Source of the DNA: Actinomycetota bacterium | GTDB taxonomy: Bacteria > Actinomycetota > Acidimicrobiia > Acidimicrobiales > CADCSY01 | Length of the DNA: 54,828 bases | Direction of reading: 5' to 3' | Assembly: GCA_019348495.1 (NCBI GenBank) | Contig: JAHWJI010000004.1 | Span: forward strand, 1 to 54,828 | Shown: positions 1 through 8,461 of the stretch, in pieces | Numbering within the stretch: position 1 is the first letter of the stretch | Layout: every line of letters starts with the position of its first letter | Notes under the pieces: model-generated | Told to the model about the DNA's origin: nothing | Seen by the model: the letters and a program-made list of their open reading frames with translations, nothing else | The model's database searches: none | Position numbers and translations under genes: made by a program

Positions 1-564
1 CGCTTGTACCGCCGCCTGCTCGGCCTGCTGGCGGCTGCGGGCCAGATCCTCCCGGGCGGAGCGCAGCTCGTCGAGCACCTGGGCGTCGCGCTGGGCCTGG
101 AAGTCGAGAAGGGCGCTGCGTCGGGAGGCATCGGCGATCGAGTCCGACGTCAGCACCACCGTGGGGCCGCCGGCCACGGGCCGCATGTACTCCTCGATGG
201 CCACCTCGCGCACCAGGTCCTCGAGGCCGGCGATCTCCTCCTCGCCCCGGCGTTCCTCGGCCTGGGCCTGGGCCAGGCGGGCGGCGGCCAGGTCCGCGGC
301 CCGGCGGGCGTCGCCCAGCAGGGCCTGTTGATCGGCGACGTTGGCGTCGAGGTCACCCAGCGCCTGGGTGACCTCGTCGTTGGTGGCCTGAAGGGCGTCG
401 AGCTCGCCGGCTACCGCCGCCTGCTCGGACCGGACGCGTTCACGCTCGGCCCGGGGGTTGGACCCTTGCGCCGCGCCCGCGGTGGAAGGGCTCACGGTGC
501 CGAGCAACACCACTCCGGCCGTGGCGATCAGGGCCCGGACTCGGTGTCCTCTCGCTACGTGCAC
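1..564 (-). CDS. Partial (3' end outside window) secreted coiled-coil protein, possibly the N-terminus of a peptidoglycan hydrolase/peptidase
   Basis: Not in ORF track. My translation from GTG 564 (SD-like GAGGGGA upstream): MHVARGHRVRALIATAGVVLLGTVSPSTAGAAQGSNPRAERERVRSEQAAVAGELDALQATNDEVTQAL..., a signal peptide then an A/E/Q/R-rich coiled coil, open to position 1. The catalytic domain is not visible. Confidence 0.7.
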   Translation of the reverse strand, partial: MHVARGHRVRALIATAGVVLLGTVSPSTAGAAQGSNPRAERERVRSEQAAVAGELDALQATNDEVTQALGDLDANVADQQALLGDARRAADLAAARLAQAQAEERRGEEEIAGLEDLVREVAIEEYMRPVAGGPTVVLTSDSIADASRRSALLDFQAQRDAQVLDELRSAREDLARSRQQAEQAAVQA

Positions 565-687
565 ACGTCGTCCCCTCGGTTCTCGCTGCGAGCCTTGCCA
601 GCCGCGGAGCGCTCTCGACCCCGGTCCCCGTCGTCATCGGTCCGTCACACTGTGACACAACGGGCGAGGGTGACGGAACAGGCTGCG

Positions 688-782
688 CTAAGAGGCTGCG
701 CGGATAGGCGAAGCAGAGCCTCGGTCTCGGCGGCGGAGCCGCCGAGCCTGCGGGAACCTTGCCTATCCGCGGTACCTCTTAG
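688..782. repeat. MITE/REP-like long palindromic element
   Basis: Terminal inverted repeats 691-713 and 757-779 (18/23 match), TA on both flanks, and a perfect inner hairpin CTCGGCGGC-GGA-GCCGCCGAG (726-746). Confidence 0.6.
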
Positions 783-801
783 GCCGGTGTCAGGCCGGTC
801 G

Positions 802-2748
802 TCAGGCCGGGACCGCCTCGTCGGCCACGACCTCGCCGGTGGAGAGCACGAGGCCGTCCCGGCAGTGGGCTTCGACCCGGCCGTCGCCGAACTGCTGGTG
901 GTAGAGACGGGCGTAGAGGCCGCCCCGGTCCACCAGCTCCTCGTGGGTGCCCCGCTCCACGATGCGCCCGCCGTCGACGGCGAAGATGACGTCGGCGGCC
1001 CGGATGGTGGACAGCCGGTGGGCCACGGCGATGGTGGTACGACCCCGCATCAACGGCTCCAGGGCGGCCTGGACCAGGCGCTCGTTGGTGGTGTCCAATG
1101 CCGAGGTGGCCTCGTCGAGGATGAGGACGCGGGGATCGTGCAGGATCACCCGGGCGATGGCCATGCGCTGCTTCTCCCCGCCCGAGAGGCGGTAGCCCCG
1201 CTCTCCCACCCTGGTCTCGAGCCCGTCGGGGAACTGCTCGATGCGCTCCCAGATGTGGGCCGCCCGGGCTGCCGCCTCCAGCTCGGCGTCGGTGGCGTCA
1301 GGCTTGCCGTAGCGCAGGTTGTCCCGCACGGTGGCGTGGAACAGGTAGCTCTCCTGGGTCACCATGCCGACCAGCGAGGCCAGCGAGTCGCTCCGCAGCC
1401 GGCGCACGTCGATGCCGTCGATCTCCACCGAGCCGCTCTGCACGTCGTAGAGGCGGGGGATGAGCGAGGAGATGGTGCTCTTGCCGGCACCGCTGGGGCC
1501 GACCAGGGCGGCCAGCTGCCCGGGCCGGACCTCGAAGTCGATGCCGTCGAGAGCCCACGGTCGGGTGGGGACCGCCTCCCCGACGAGCCCATCGGCGGGC
1601 CCACCGGCGGCGGCGGCGTCGTCGACGGGGGCGGCCACGTCGTCGTAGCGGAAGCGCACGTGGCGGAAGGCGACGTGGCCGGTGGCGTCCTCGGGGGCGA
1701 GGGCCACGGCGTCGGGCGCCTCCACGATGTCCTGGCGCAGGTCGAGGTAGCCGAAGATGCGGTCGAACAGCGCCAGCGACGAGCGCAGCTCCACCGAGAC
1801 CTGCAGGAGCTGGCTGAAGGGGAAGAACAGCCGGGTCTGGAGGGTGGTGAAGGCGACGATGGTGCCGGCCGTGACCGCACCGGGGCCACGGGAGGCGAGC
1901 ACCAGGCCGGCGACGAGGTACACCAGCGCCGGGGTGGCCGACAAGAAGGTGAAGATCACGGTGTAGAAGGACTGGCCGATCATCTGCTGGCGCACCGACA
2001 GCTCGGCCAGGCGCTGGTTGTGGGCCTGGAAGCGGGCGGCCTCCTGGCGGCTGCGGCCGAAGAGCTTGGCCAGCAGTATCCCCGAGACCGACAGCGTCTC
2101 CTGGGTGACGGCGCTGACGTCGGCCATCGTCTCCTGGGCCTCGGCCGTCACCTTGCGCCGGCGCTCGCCCACCAACTTCGACAACCAGGCGAACAGCGGC
2201 ATGGTGACCAGCGTCAGGAGGGTGAGCGGCGGCGACAGCACGGCCATGGCCACCAGCGCGCTGGCCATGATCACGACGTTGGACAAGATGTCGGACAGCG
2301 TGGAGGTGACCACGGTCTGGACACCACCCACGTCGTTGGTGAGCCGCGACTGGATCTCACCGGTGCGGGTGTCGGTGAAGAAGCGCAGGGACAGGTGCTG
2401 GAGGTGGTCGAACAGCCGCTCGCGCAGGTCGCGCATCACCCGCTGGCCCACCACGTTGGCCCGCCAGGTCTGGATCAGGCCCACGGCCCCCCCGACCACG
2501 GGCAACACCACCATGATGGCGGCCAGCACCCCGAGGCGACCCAGGTCGGGACCGCCCCCGCCCGGCGGGAACAGAGCGGTGTCGAAGACCACCTTGATGA
2601 GCAGGGGGTTGACCACGCCCACGCCGGCCCCGACGAGGACGAGCGCGACGATGGCGACCACCTCGCGGCGGTAGGGCCGGAAGATCCCGACGATGCGACG
2701 AGCGGTGCTGGGGGCCGGCGGCGGCGGTGCGGGGTCGACGGCGGTCAC
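802..2748 (-). CDS. ABC exporter, fused permease/ATP-binding half transporter
   Basis: TM region, Walker A GPSGAGKS, signature LSGGEKQR, Walker B ILDEATS. Start set at GTG 2748, 7 nt below TACGCT. Confidence 0.93.
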   Translation of the reverse strand: MTAVDPAPPPPAPSTARRIVGIFRPYRREVVAIVALVLVGAGVGVVNPLLIKVVFDTALFPPGGGGPDLGRLGVLAAIMVVLPVVGGAVGLIQTWRANVVGQRVMRDLRERLFDHLQHLSLRFFTDTRTGEIQSRLTNDVGGVQTVVTSTLSDILSNVVIMASALVAMAVLSPPLTLLTLVTMPLFAWLSKLVGERRRKVTAEAQETMADVSAVTQETLSVSGILLAKLFGRSRQEAARFQAHNQRLAELSVRQQMIGQSFYTVIFTFLSATPALVYLVAGLVLASRGPGAVTAGTIVAFTTLQTRLFFPFSQLLQVSVELRSSLALFDRIFGYLDLRQDIVEAPDAVALAPEDATGHVAFRHVRFRYDDVAAPVDDAAAAGGPADGLVGEAVPTRPWALDGIDFEVRPGQLAALVGPSGAGKSTISSLIPRLYDVQSGSVEIDGIDVRRLRSDSLASLVGMVTQESYLFHATVRDNLRYGKPDATDAELEAAARAAHIWERIEQFPDGLETRVGERGYRLSGGEKQRMAIARVILHDPRVLILDEATSALDTTNERLVQAALEPLMRGRTTIAVAHRLSTIRAADVIFAVDGGRIVERGTHEELVDRGGLYARLYHQQFGDGRVEAHCRDGLVLSTGEVVADEAVPA

Positions 2749-2842
2749 GGAGACCAGCGTACGAACCGGTGCCGGCGGCCACGTCGGGCGCAGGGACGAT
2801 TCCGCCTCGGCCGCAAGGCCTAGCCGGCGGTAGTGTCCCGGC

Positions 2843-3538
2843 GTGGACGCCGTCATCTTCGATGTCGACGGGACGTTGGGCGACACCGAGCGCGATGGGC
2901 ACCGGGTGGCGTTCAACCTGGCCTTCGAGGAGCTCGGGTTGGCCTACCGCTGGGACGTCGAGACCTACGGCAAGCTCCTGGAGATCACCGGGGGCCGCCA
3001 GCGCCTGCACGCCTACCTCGAGGGCCAGGGCATGGCCCAGGTGGAGCGCGACGACGTCGTCCCCCGCCTGCACACCCGCAAGAACGAGCGGTTCCAGGAG
3101 CTGGTGGCCGACGGGCGCATCGAGCCCCGCCCCGGCACCACCGCCCTGCTCGACGAGCTGGAGGGGGCCGGTGTCCGCCTGGCCGTGGCCACCACCGGGT
3201 CCCGGGCGTGGGTGGAGCCCCTCCTCGATCGGCTCTTCGGCCCGGGCCGGTTCTCGCCGGTCGTCACCGGTGACGAGGCCCCGGTGCGCAAGCCCGACCC
3301 CAGTGCCTACCTCCAGGCGCTCGAGGGCCTGGGCCTCGCCGCCTCGTCGGTCCTGGCGGTGGAGGACTCGAACAACGGCCTGGTGGCCGCCCGGGCGGCG
3401 GGCCTGGCCTGCGTGGTGGTGGCCAACGACTACACCGCCGATCACGACTTCCACGGTGCTGCGCTGGTCGTGGACACCTTCGAGGATCTCGACCTCGCCA
3501 CCCTGGAACGAGCCTTGATGTCGAAGGGGGAGGACTGA
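2843..3538 (+). CDS. HAD-IA phosphatase, CbbY-like
   Basis: FDVDGTL motif I followed by DTERDGHRVAFN..F, KPDP and EDS motifs. Confidence 0.88.
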   Translation: MDAVIFDVDGTLGDTERDGHRVAFNLAFEELGLAYRWDVETYGKLLEITGGRQRLHAYLEGQGMAQVERDDVVPRLHTRKNERFQELVADGRIEPRPGTTALLDELEGAGVRLAVATTGSRAWVEPLLDRLFGPGRFSPVVTGDEAPVRKPDPSAYLQALEGLGLAASSVLAVEDSNNGLVAARAAGLACVVVANDYTADHDFHGAALVVDTFEDLDLATLERALMSKGED

Positions 3539-3567
3539 AGCCGGCGCCGGCCGTATCCTCGGCCGGG

Positions 3568-4308
3568 ATGGCCGACATCCAAGACCCCCACGAGTGGCTC
3601 TCGTTCGAGGATCCCGAGGAGGACCGGACCTGGCTGTTCGACCTCACCTTCCTCCTCAGCCGCTGGACCTGCATCTACGGCCGGGGCTGTCCGGGAATCG
3701 ACAGCCGGCCCGACATCGGCTGCTGCTCGCACGGCGCCTACTTCACCGACGACGCCGACCGGGGCGCCGTCGAGGCCGCGGCCGCCGCCCTCACCCCTGC
3801 GCAATGGCAGTTCGCCGCTGTGGGTCGCCGGGCAGGCATCGCCCGCCGGGTGGCCGGCGGGAGCTGGAAGACCCGCGTGCACCAGGGTGGCTGCATCATG
3901 CTCAACCGGGCCGGCTTCCCGGCGGGGGCCGGCTGTGCGCTGCACCTGGCCGCCCTCCAGGGCGGCCAGCGGCCCATGGACCTCAAGCCCGAGGTGTGCT
4001 GGCAGGTCCCGCTGCGACGAGTCGACAGCGTCGACGAGGTGGGCCACGTCACCTCCACCGTGCGGGAGTGGAAGCGCCGCGACTGGGACGAGGGCGGACG
4101 GGACTTCCACTGGTGGTGCATCGAGGAGGCCCAGGCCTTCGCCGGGGACGACACCGTGTTGTCGACCATGGCCGACGAGTTGGCGGCCCTGGTCGGCCAA
4201 CCCGTCTACGACCTGTTGGTGGGTGCCCTGGCCGAGCGCTTCGCCGGCGCGCCTGCCGCCACCACCGTCGTGCCCCACCCGGCGCTGCGGGTGGCGCCGG
4301 TCTCCTGA
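3568..4308 (+). CDS. Cys-rich conserved actinobacterial protein (DUF3109-like)
   Basis: WTCIYGRGCPG, GCCSHGA, GCALH, KPEVCWQVP and WWC motifs. Confidence 0.7.
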   Translation: MADIQDPHEWLSFEDPEEDRTWLFDLTFLLSRWTCIYGRGCPGIDSRPDIGCCSHGAYFTDDADRGAVEAAAAALTPAQWQFAAVGRRAGIARRVAGGSWKTRVHQGGCIMLNRAGFPAGAGCALHLAALQGGQRPMDLKPEVCWQVPLRRVDSVDEVGHVTSTVREWKRRDWDEGGRDFHWWCIEEAQAFAGDDTVLSTMADELAALVGQPVYDLLVGALAERFAGAPAATTVVPHPALRVAPVS

Positions 4309-5472
4309 GTGGCCGGCAGCGAGGTGCCCGGCGCCGCGGCCGGGGTGGCCGGCATCGACGACGTGGTCGCCCTGATCGAGCGCCAGCGGGCCGAGGGCCT
4401 GCACGCCGGGGCCCAGCTCTACGTCAGCCTGTGGGGAGAGGTGGTCTGCGACGTGGCCGTGGGCGAGGCCCGGGCCGGCCGTGCGCTGCGCAGCGACGAC
4501 CTCATGTTGTGGTACTCCTCGACCAAGCCCCTGACCGCGGTGGCCGTGGCCCAGCTCCTAGAGCGCGGGGCGCTGGCCCTCGACGACGAGGTGGGGCGCT
4601 ACGTCGCCGGTTGGGGCGGGGGCAAGGAGCGCTGCACCGTGCGCCACGTGCTGACCCACATGGGTGGCTTCGCCCAGGCCGAGACCTTCGACGACGACGT
4701 CTCCTGGGACGAGGCCGTGGCCCGCATCGCCGCCCACCGGGCCGCCTACCCCCCCGGCACCTGGGCCAGCTACCACGCCACCTCGGGTTGGAAGATCCTG
4801 GGGGAGATCGTCCGGGTGGTCGACGGCCGTCCCATCGACACCTACCTGCGGGAGGAGGTCATGGCGCCGGCGGGCATGGTCTCGTCGTGGCTGGGCGTCC
4901 CCCTGGCCGACCAGGATCGCCTGGGCGAGCGCCTGGTGCCGCTGCACTGGACCGGCCACGTCATGCCGGTCATGGCCGACGGCGCCATCTCCATGCAGCC
5001 GTACCACATCGAGGACATCCACGATCAGCCCTGGCACCGGGCCAAGGTGGAACCGGGCGCCGGAGGACGGGGCCCGGCGTCGGACCTCGGTCGCTTCTAC
5101 GAGGCGCTCCTGGTCGACCACGCCGAGCGGCTCTTCCGCAGACCCCTCACCCTCGACCTGCTCACCGCCTGCCACCGCAGCGGGGTCCTGGACCGGATCT
5201 TCCTCTCCAGCCCCCCCTGGGGCCTCGGGGTCCAGATCGCTGGCAGCATGAGCGGCACCATCGGCTACCGGGCCTTCGGCCACAGCGGCATGGCCTCCAG
5301 CCGGGGCCTGTGCGACCCGGTCGAGGGCCTGGTCATGGTCTTCGTCTGCAACGGCCTCACCGGCCCCATCGAGAACCGCAACCGCATGACCGACGTCACC
5401 AACGCGGTCTACGCCGCGGTCTGCCCCCAACCGAAGGGCCCGAGGGTCGCCCCAGCAGTGGCGCTCAGCTGA
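4309..5472 (+). CDS. Serine hydrolase, beta-lactamase/esterase family
   Basis: SxxK (SSTK), LTHMGG, ASYH and FGHSG motifs. Starts immediately after the upstream stop. Confidence 0.85.
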   Translation: MAGSEVPGAAAGVAGIDDVVALIERQRAEGLHAGAQLYVSLWGEVVCDVAVGEARAGRALRSDDLMLWYSSTKPLTAVAVAQLLERGALALDDEVGRYVAGWGGGKERCTVRHVLTHMGGFAQAETFDDDVSWDEAVARIAAHRAAYPPGTWASYHATSGWKILGEIVRVVDGRPIDTYLREEVMAPAGMVSSWLGVPLADQDRLGERLVPLHWTGHVMPVMADGAISMQPYHIEDIHDQPWHRAKVEPGAGGRGPASDLGRFYEALLVDHAERLFRRPLTLDLLTACHRSGVLDRIFLSSPPWGLGVQIAGSMSGTIGYRAFGHSGMASSRGLCDPVEGLVMVFVCNGLTGPIENRNRMTDVTNAVYAAVCPQPKGPRVAPAVALS

Positions 5473-5480
5473 CTGCGGGG

Positions 5481-6611
5481 TCAGCGGCGGAAGCCGCTGA
5501 GGTGGGCCCACAGCTCGGGGCCGGTGGTGCGCCAGTCGTAGAGCGAGCCGCCGATGGCGCCCCGCTCACCAGCGGCGGCGATCATGCCCTCGACGTCGGA
5601 GGTGGTGGTGGCGTCGGCGATGCCGCCAACGGTGTGGACCACGGCGTGGTCGCCCACGTGGGCCCGGAGCCGGTCGATGTTCTCGGCGGTGTAGCGGTAG
5701 CCGTCGCGGTAGCCGGAGGCGCCGGTGCGGAAGCTCTGGTAGGCCATGGGCACCCACACGTCGTACAACGGCGCCAGCTCCGACCAGGGAAAGCCGGGCC
5801 AGAACGAGGGGTTGACGACCTCCATCACCACCGGCGGGAAGACGATGGCCCCCAGCGCCACGCCGGGAAGGGCCTGGCGCAGGTCATGGCTGAGCTCCAC
5901 CAGCCGTCGGTTGCGCTCGTCGGTGTCGGTCACGTCACGTGACTCGATGTCGACGGCCACGGCGTCGACGTCGAGGGTGGCCGCGGCCAGGAGCCGGCGC
6001 AGGTCGGCAGCCGGGTCGACGAAGGTGGGCAGGTACCACGCCACCACATGCATCCCCCGGGCTTGGGCCCGCTCGATGAGGGGCACCAGGCGTTCGGGCT
6101 CCAGGATGTCGGCCGGGGCGTTCCAGCGTGAGGTCTGCACGTAGAGCGTCTGCACACCGAGATCGGCCATGCGGTCGATGTCGGCCACCTCGACCAGGGG
6201 GCCGTCCTTGCCGAAGGTGCGGCTCCAGTCGTAGGCATCGATCCAGGTGCCCAGGCCGGCATAGACCTCCACCCCACCGGCGACGGCGCCCGGTGGCGGC
6301 GCAGCCAGCACCGGGGGGGCCCAGGCCACCGTCGTGGGGGGCACGATGGGCACGGGGGCCACGACGGCGGGGACAACGGCGGGGCCCACGGTGGTCGTCG
6401 TGGACAGGTCGAGGGCTCCATCGCCACCCACGACGCCAACGAGCGAATCGGCGGCCTCCGTGGCCACCGCCGGAGTGGGCGGGGAGCCGGCCCCGCTCGA
6501 GCGGTAGAGGGCCCCCTCGTGCACGACCCCAGAGGGCCGAGCGCAGCCGGCCAGGGCGAGGGACACCATGGTGAGCAGCACGAAGCCCGCCGTCGTCTTC
6601 CTCGGTTGCAC
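5481..6611 (-). CDS. Lipoprotein with P/T/V-rich linker and putative glycoside-hydrolase-like barrel domain
   Basis: Lipobox LALAGC, low-complexity linker, then a domain with VAVDIE and VPMAY. Confidence 0.6.
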   Translation of the reverse strand: MQPRKTTAGFVLLTMVSLALAGCARPSGVVHEGALYRSSGAGSPPTPAVATEAADSLVGVVGGDGALDLSTTTTVGPAVVPAVVAPVPIVPPTTVAWAPPVLAAPPPGAVAGGVEVYAGLGTWIDAYDWSRTFGKDGPLVEVADIDRMADLGVQTLYVQTSRWNAPADILEPERLVPLIERAQARGMHVVAWYLPTFVDPAADLRRLLAAATLDVDAVAVDIESRDVTDTDERNRRLVELSHDLRQALPGVALGAIVFPPVVMEVVNPSFWPGFPWSELAPLYDVWVPMAYQSFRTGASGYRDGYRYTAENIDRLRAHVGDHAVVHTVGGIADATTTSDVEGMIAAAGERGAIGGSLYDWRTTGPELWAHLSGFRR

Positions 6612-6641
6612 GAGGCGCGAGCCTACGTCACCGGCGAGCGA

Positions 6642-6839
6642 CTAGGCCTCGCCGGCCACCTCGTCCTCCTCGAGGTCCTCGTGCAGGCACCAGGAGGCGT
6701 GCTCGGCCCCGGGCTTGGCGTTGCACTCGGGGCAGGGCTCGATCTCGATGAACCCGACATCGCCCAGACGAAGCTCGCTCGAGGCGTGCTTGACGGCTCG
6801 AGCCTCCTCATAGCGCCGATGCCGGCCCTTTTTCACCAC
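6642..6839 (-). CDS. Small putative zinc-binding protein (about 65 aa)
   Basis: SD-like GGGAGAG before GTG. CPEC-x7-H-x3-C motif, basic N-terminus, acidic C-terminus. Confidence 0.6.
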   Translation of the reverse strand: MVKKGRHRRYEEARAVKHASSELRLGDVGFIEIEPCPECNAKPGAEHASWCLHEDLEEDEVAGEA

Positions 6840-6910
6840 GGTCTCTCCCGTCTCGAACGGCAGCCCGAGGGAGTTTATCGCCTGGCGCAATGCCGCCCTA
6901 CCCTCTCGCG

Positions 6911-8455
6911 ATGGCAGAGCTCCCTTGGTGGCGGTCAGCCGTGGTCTACCAGATCTACCCGCGCTCCTTCGCCGCCGAGGGGGTGGGCGGAGAAGCCGGG
7001 GTGGGCACCCTCGAAGGCGTCCGCCGCCACCTCGACCACCTGGTCTGGCTGGGCGTCGACGCCCTGTGGCTCTCTCCGTTCTTCCGCTCCCCCATGGCCG
7101 ACTTCGGCTACGACGTGAGCGACCACTGCGACGTCGATCCCATCTTCGGGACTCTGGCGGACTTCGACCGCCTCCTGGCCGATGCCCACGACCGGGGCCT
7201 GCGAGTGCTCATCGACTGGGTGGCCAACCACACCTCGGACCGCCACCCCTGGTTCGTCGACTCCCGGTCCTCCCGCCAGAGCGCCCATCGCCGGTGGTAC
7301 CTGTGGCGCGACCCCTCGCCCGGCGGCGGCCCACCCAACAACTGGCGGGCGGCGTTCGGCCAGGACGTGCCGGCCTGGACCCTTGATCCCGCCACCGGGC
7401 AGTACTACCTCCACCTCTTCCTGCCCGAGCAACCCGACGTCGACTGGTCGCACCGCCCGCTCGTCGAGGCCATGCACGACGTGCTCCGGTTCTGGCTCGA
7501 CCGCGGCGTCGACGGCTTTCGCGCCGACGCCATCCACGCCATCGGCAAGGACCCCGCCCTGGCCGACGAGCCGGAGACCCTGGTCGGTCAGCCCCGTTCG
7601 TCGACCAACGACCACCCGTCCACCCACGAGCTCCTGCGGGAGGTCAGGACGCTGGTCGACTCCTACCCGGACCAGCGGGTGATGGTGGGCGAGGTGTACC
7701 TTCTCGAGACGGCCAAGGTGGCGCCCTACTACGGCGAGGGCGACGAGCTCCACCTGGCCTTCAACTTCCCCCCGCTGTACACCCCGTGGGAGGCCACCGC
7801 TTGGCGGACGCGCCTCGAGGAGGTCGAGCGCCACTTCGTCGAGGTCGACGCCTGGCCCACCTGGGTGCTGGGCAACCACGACAACCCCCGACCCCGGACC
7901 CGCTACGACAGCGAGGCCCGGGCCCGGGCGGCGGCGTTCCTCCTGCTCGGCCTACAGGGAACGCCGTTCCTCTACGCCGGCGACGAGCTCGGCCTGGAGG
8001 ACGCGGTGATCGCTCCGGAGCAGGCGGTCGACCCCGGGGGGCGCGACGGGTGCCGGGCCCCCATCCCCTGGGACGCCTCCCCCGACCACGGATGGGCGAG
8101 GCCACCGTGGCTCCCCTGGCCCCCGCAGGCCGAGACCCGCAACGTCGAGGTCCAGCGGCGCGACGCCGGTTCGATCCTCCACCTGTACCGCCGCCTGCTG
8201 GCCGCCCGGCGTGCCAGCCCCGCCCTGTCGCTGGGCGGCTCCACGATCCTCGACCACGCCCCCGAGGGGGTGCTGGCCTGGGCCCGGGACACCCCCCAGG
8301 ACCAGCGGGTGGTGGCGGTCAACTTCACCGGCGCCGCTCGAGCGCTGTCGCCGGGTGAAGGCTGGGCCGTCGAGGTGTCCAGCGACGGCCACGGCGAGGG
8401 CGAGCCCTGGACCGGCCAGCTCGGCGCCGACCAGGCCGTCGTCCTGCGCCCCTGA
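6911..8455 (+). CDS. GH13 alpha-glucosidase/oligo-1,6-glucosidase
   Basis: YQIYPRSF, DFGYDVSD, NHTS and catalytic GFRADA / GEV / NHD motifs. Confidence 0.93.
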   Translation: MAELPWWRSAVVYQIYPRSFAAEGVGGEAGVGTLEGVRRHLDHLVWLGVDALWLSPFFRSPMADFGYDVSDHCDVDPIFGTLADFDRLLADAHDRGLRVLIDWVANHTSDRHPWFVDSRSSRQSAHRRWYLWRDPSPGGGPPNNWRAAFGQDVPAWTLDPATGQYYLHLFLPEQPDVDWSHRPLVEAMHDVLRFWLDRGVDGFRADAIHAIGKDPALADEPETLVGQPRSSTNDHPSTHELLREVRTLVDSYPDQRVMVGEVYLLETAKVAPYYGEGDELHLAFNFPPLYTPWEATAWRTRLEEVERHFVEVDAWPTWVLGNHDNPRPRTRYDSEARARAAAFLLLGLQGTPFLYAGDELGLEDAVIAPEQAVDPGGRDGCRAPIPWDASPDHGWARPPWLPWPPQAETRNVEVQRRDAGSILHLYRRLLAARRASPALSLGGSTILDHAPEGVLAWARDTPQDQRVVAVNFTGAARALSPGEGWAVEVSSDGHGEGEPWTGQLGADQAVVLRP

Positions 8456-8461
8456 CGCCGG

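Noticed and set aside
565-800. c-di-AMP (ydaO) riboswitch upstream of the putative wall hydrolase
   Set aside because: I could not find the conserved GCTGAA / GGGGTGAA / CAGCTAAC-type blocks by eye. An Infernal search would be decisive.
4-2823. 939-aa plus-strand ORF
   Set aside because: It is the antisense shadow of the ABC transporter and coiled-coil genes. It has no motifs, and stop-poor frames are expected at this GC content.
4309-5472. Antibiotic-resistance beta-lactamase
   Set aside because: There is no signal peptide and no SDN/KTG-type motifs. It fits a cytoplasmic esterase-like serine hydrolase better.
3594-5942. 782-aa R/P/G-rich ORF and many similar alternative-frame ORFs
   Set aside because: These are off-frame readings of genes that have clear motifs in another frame.
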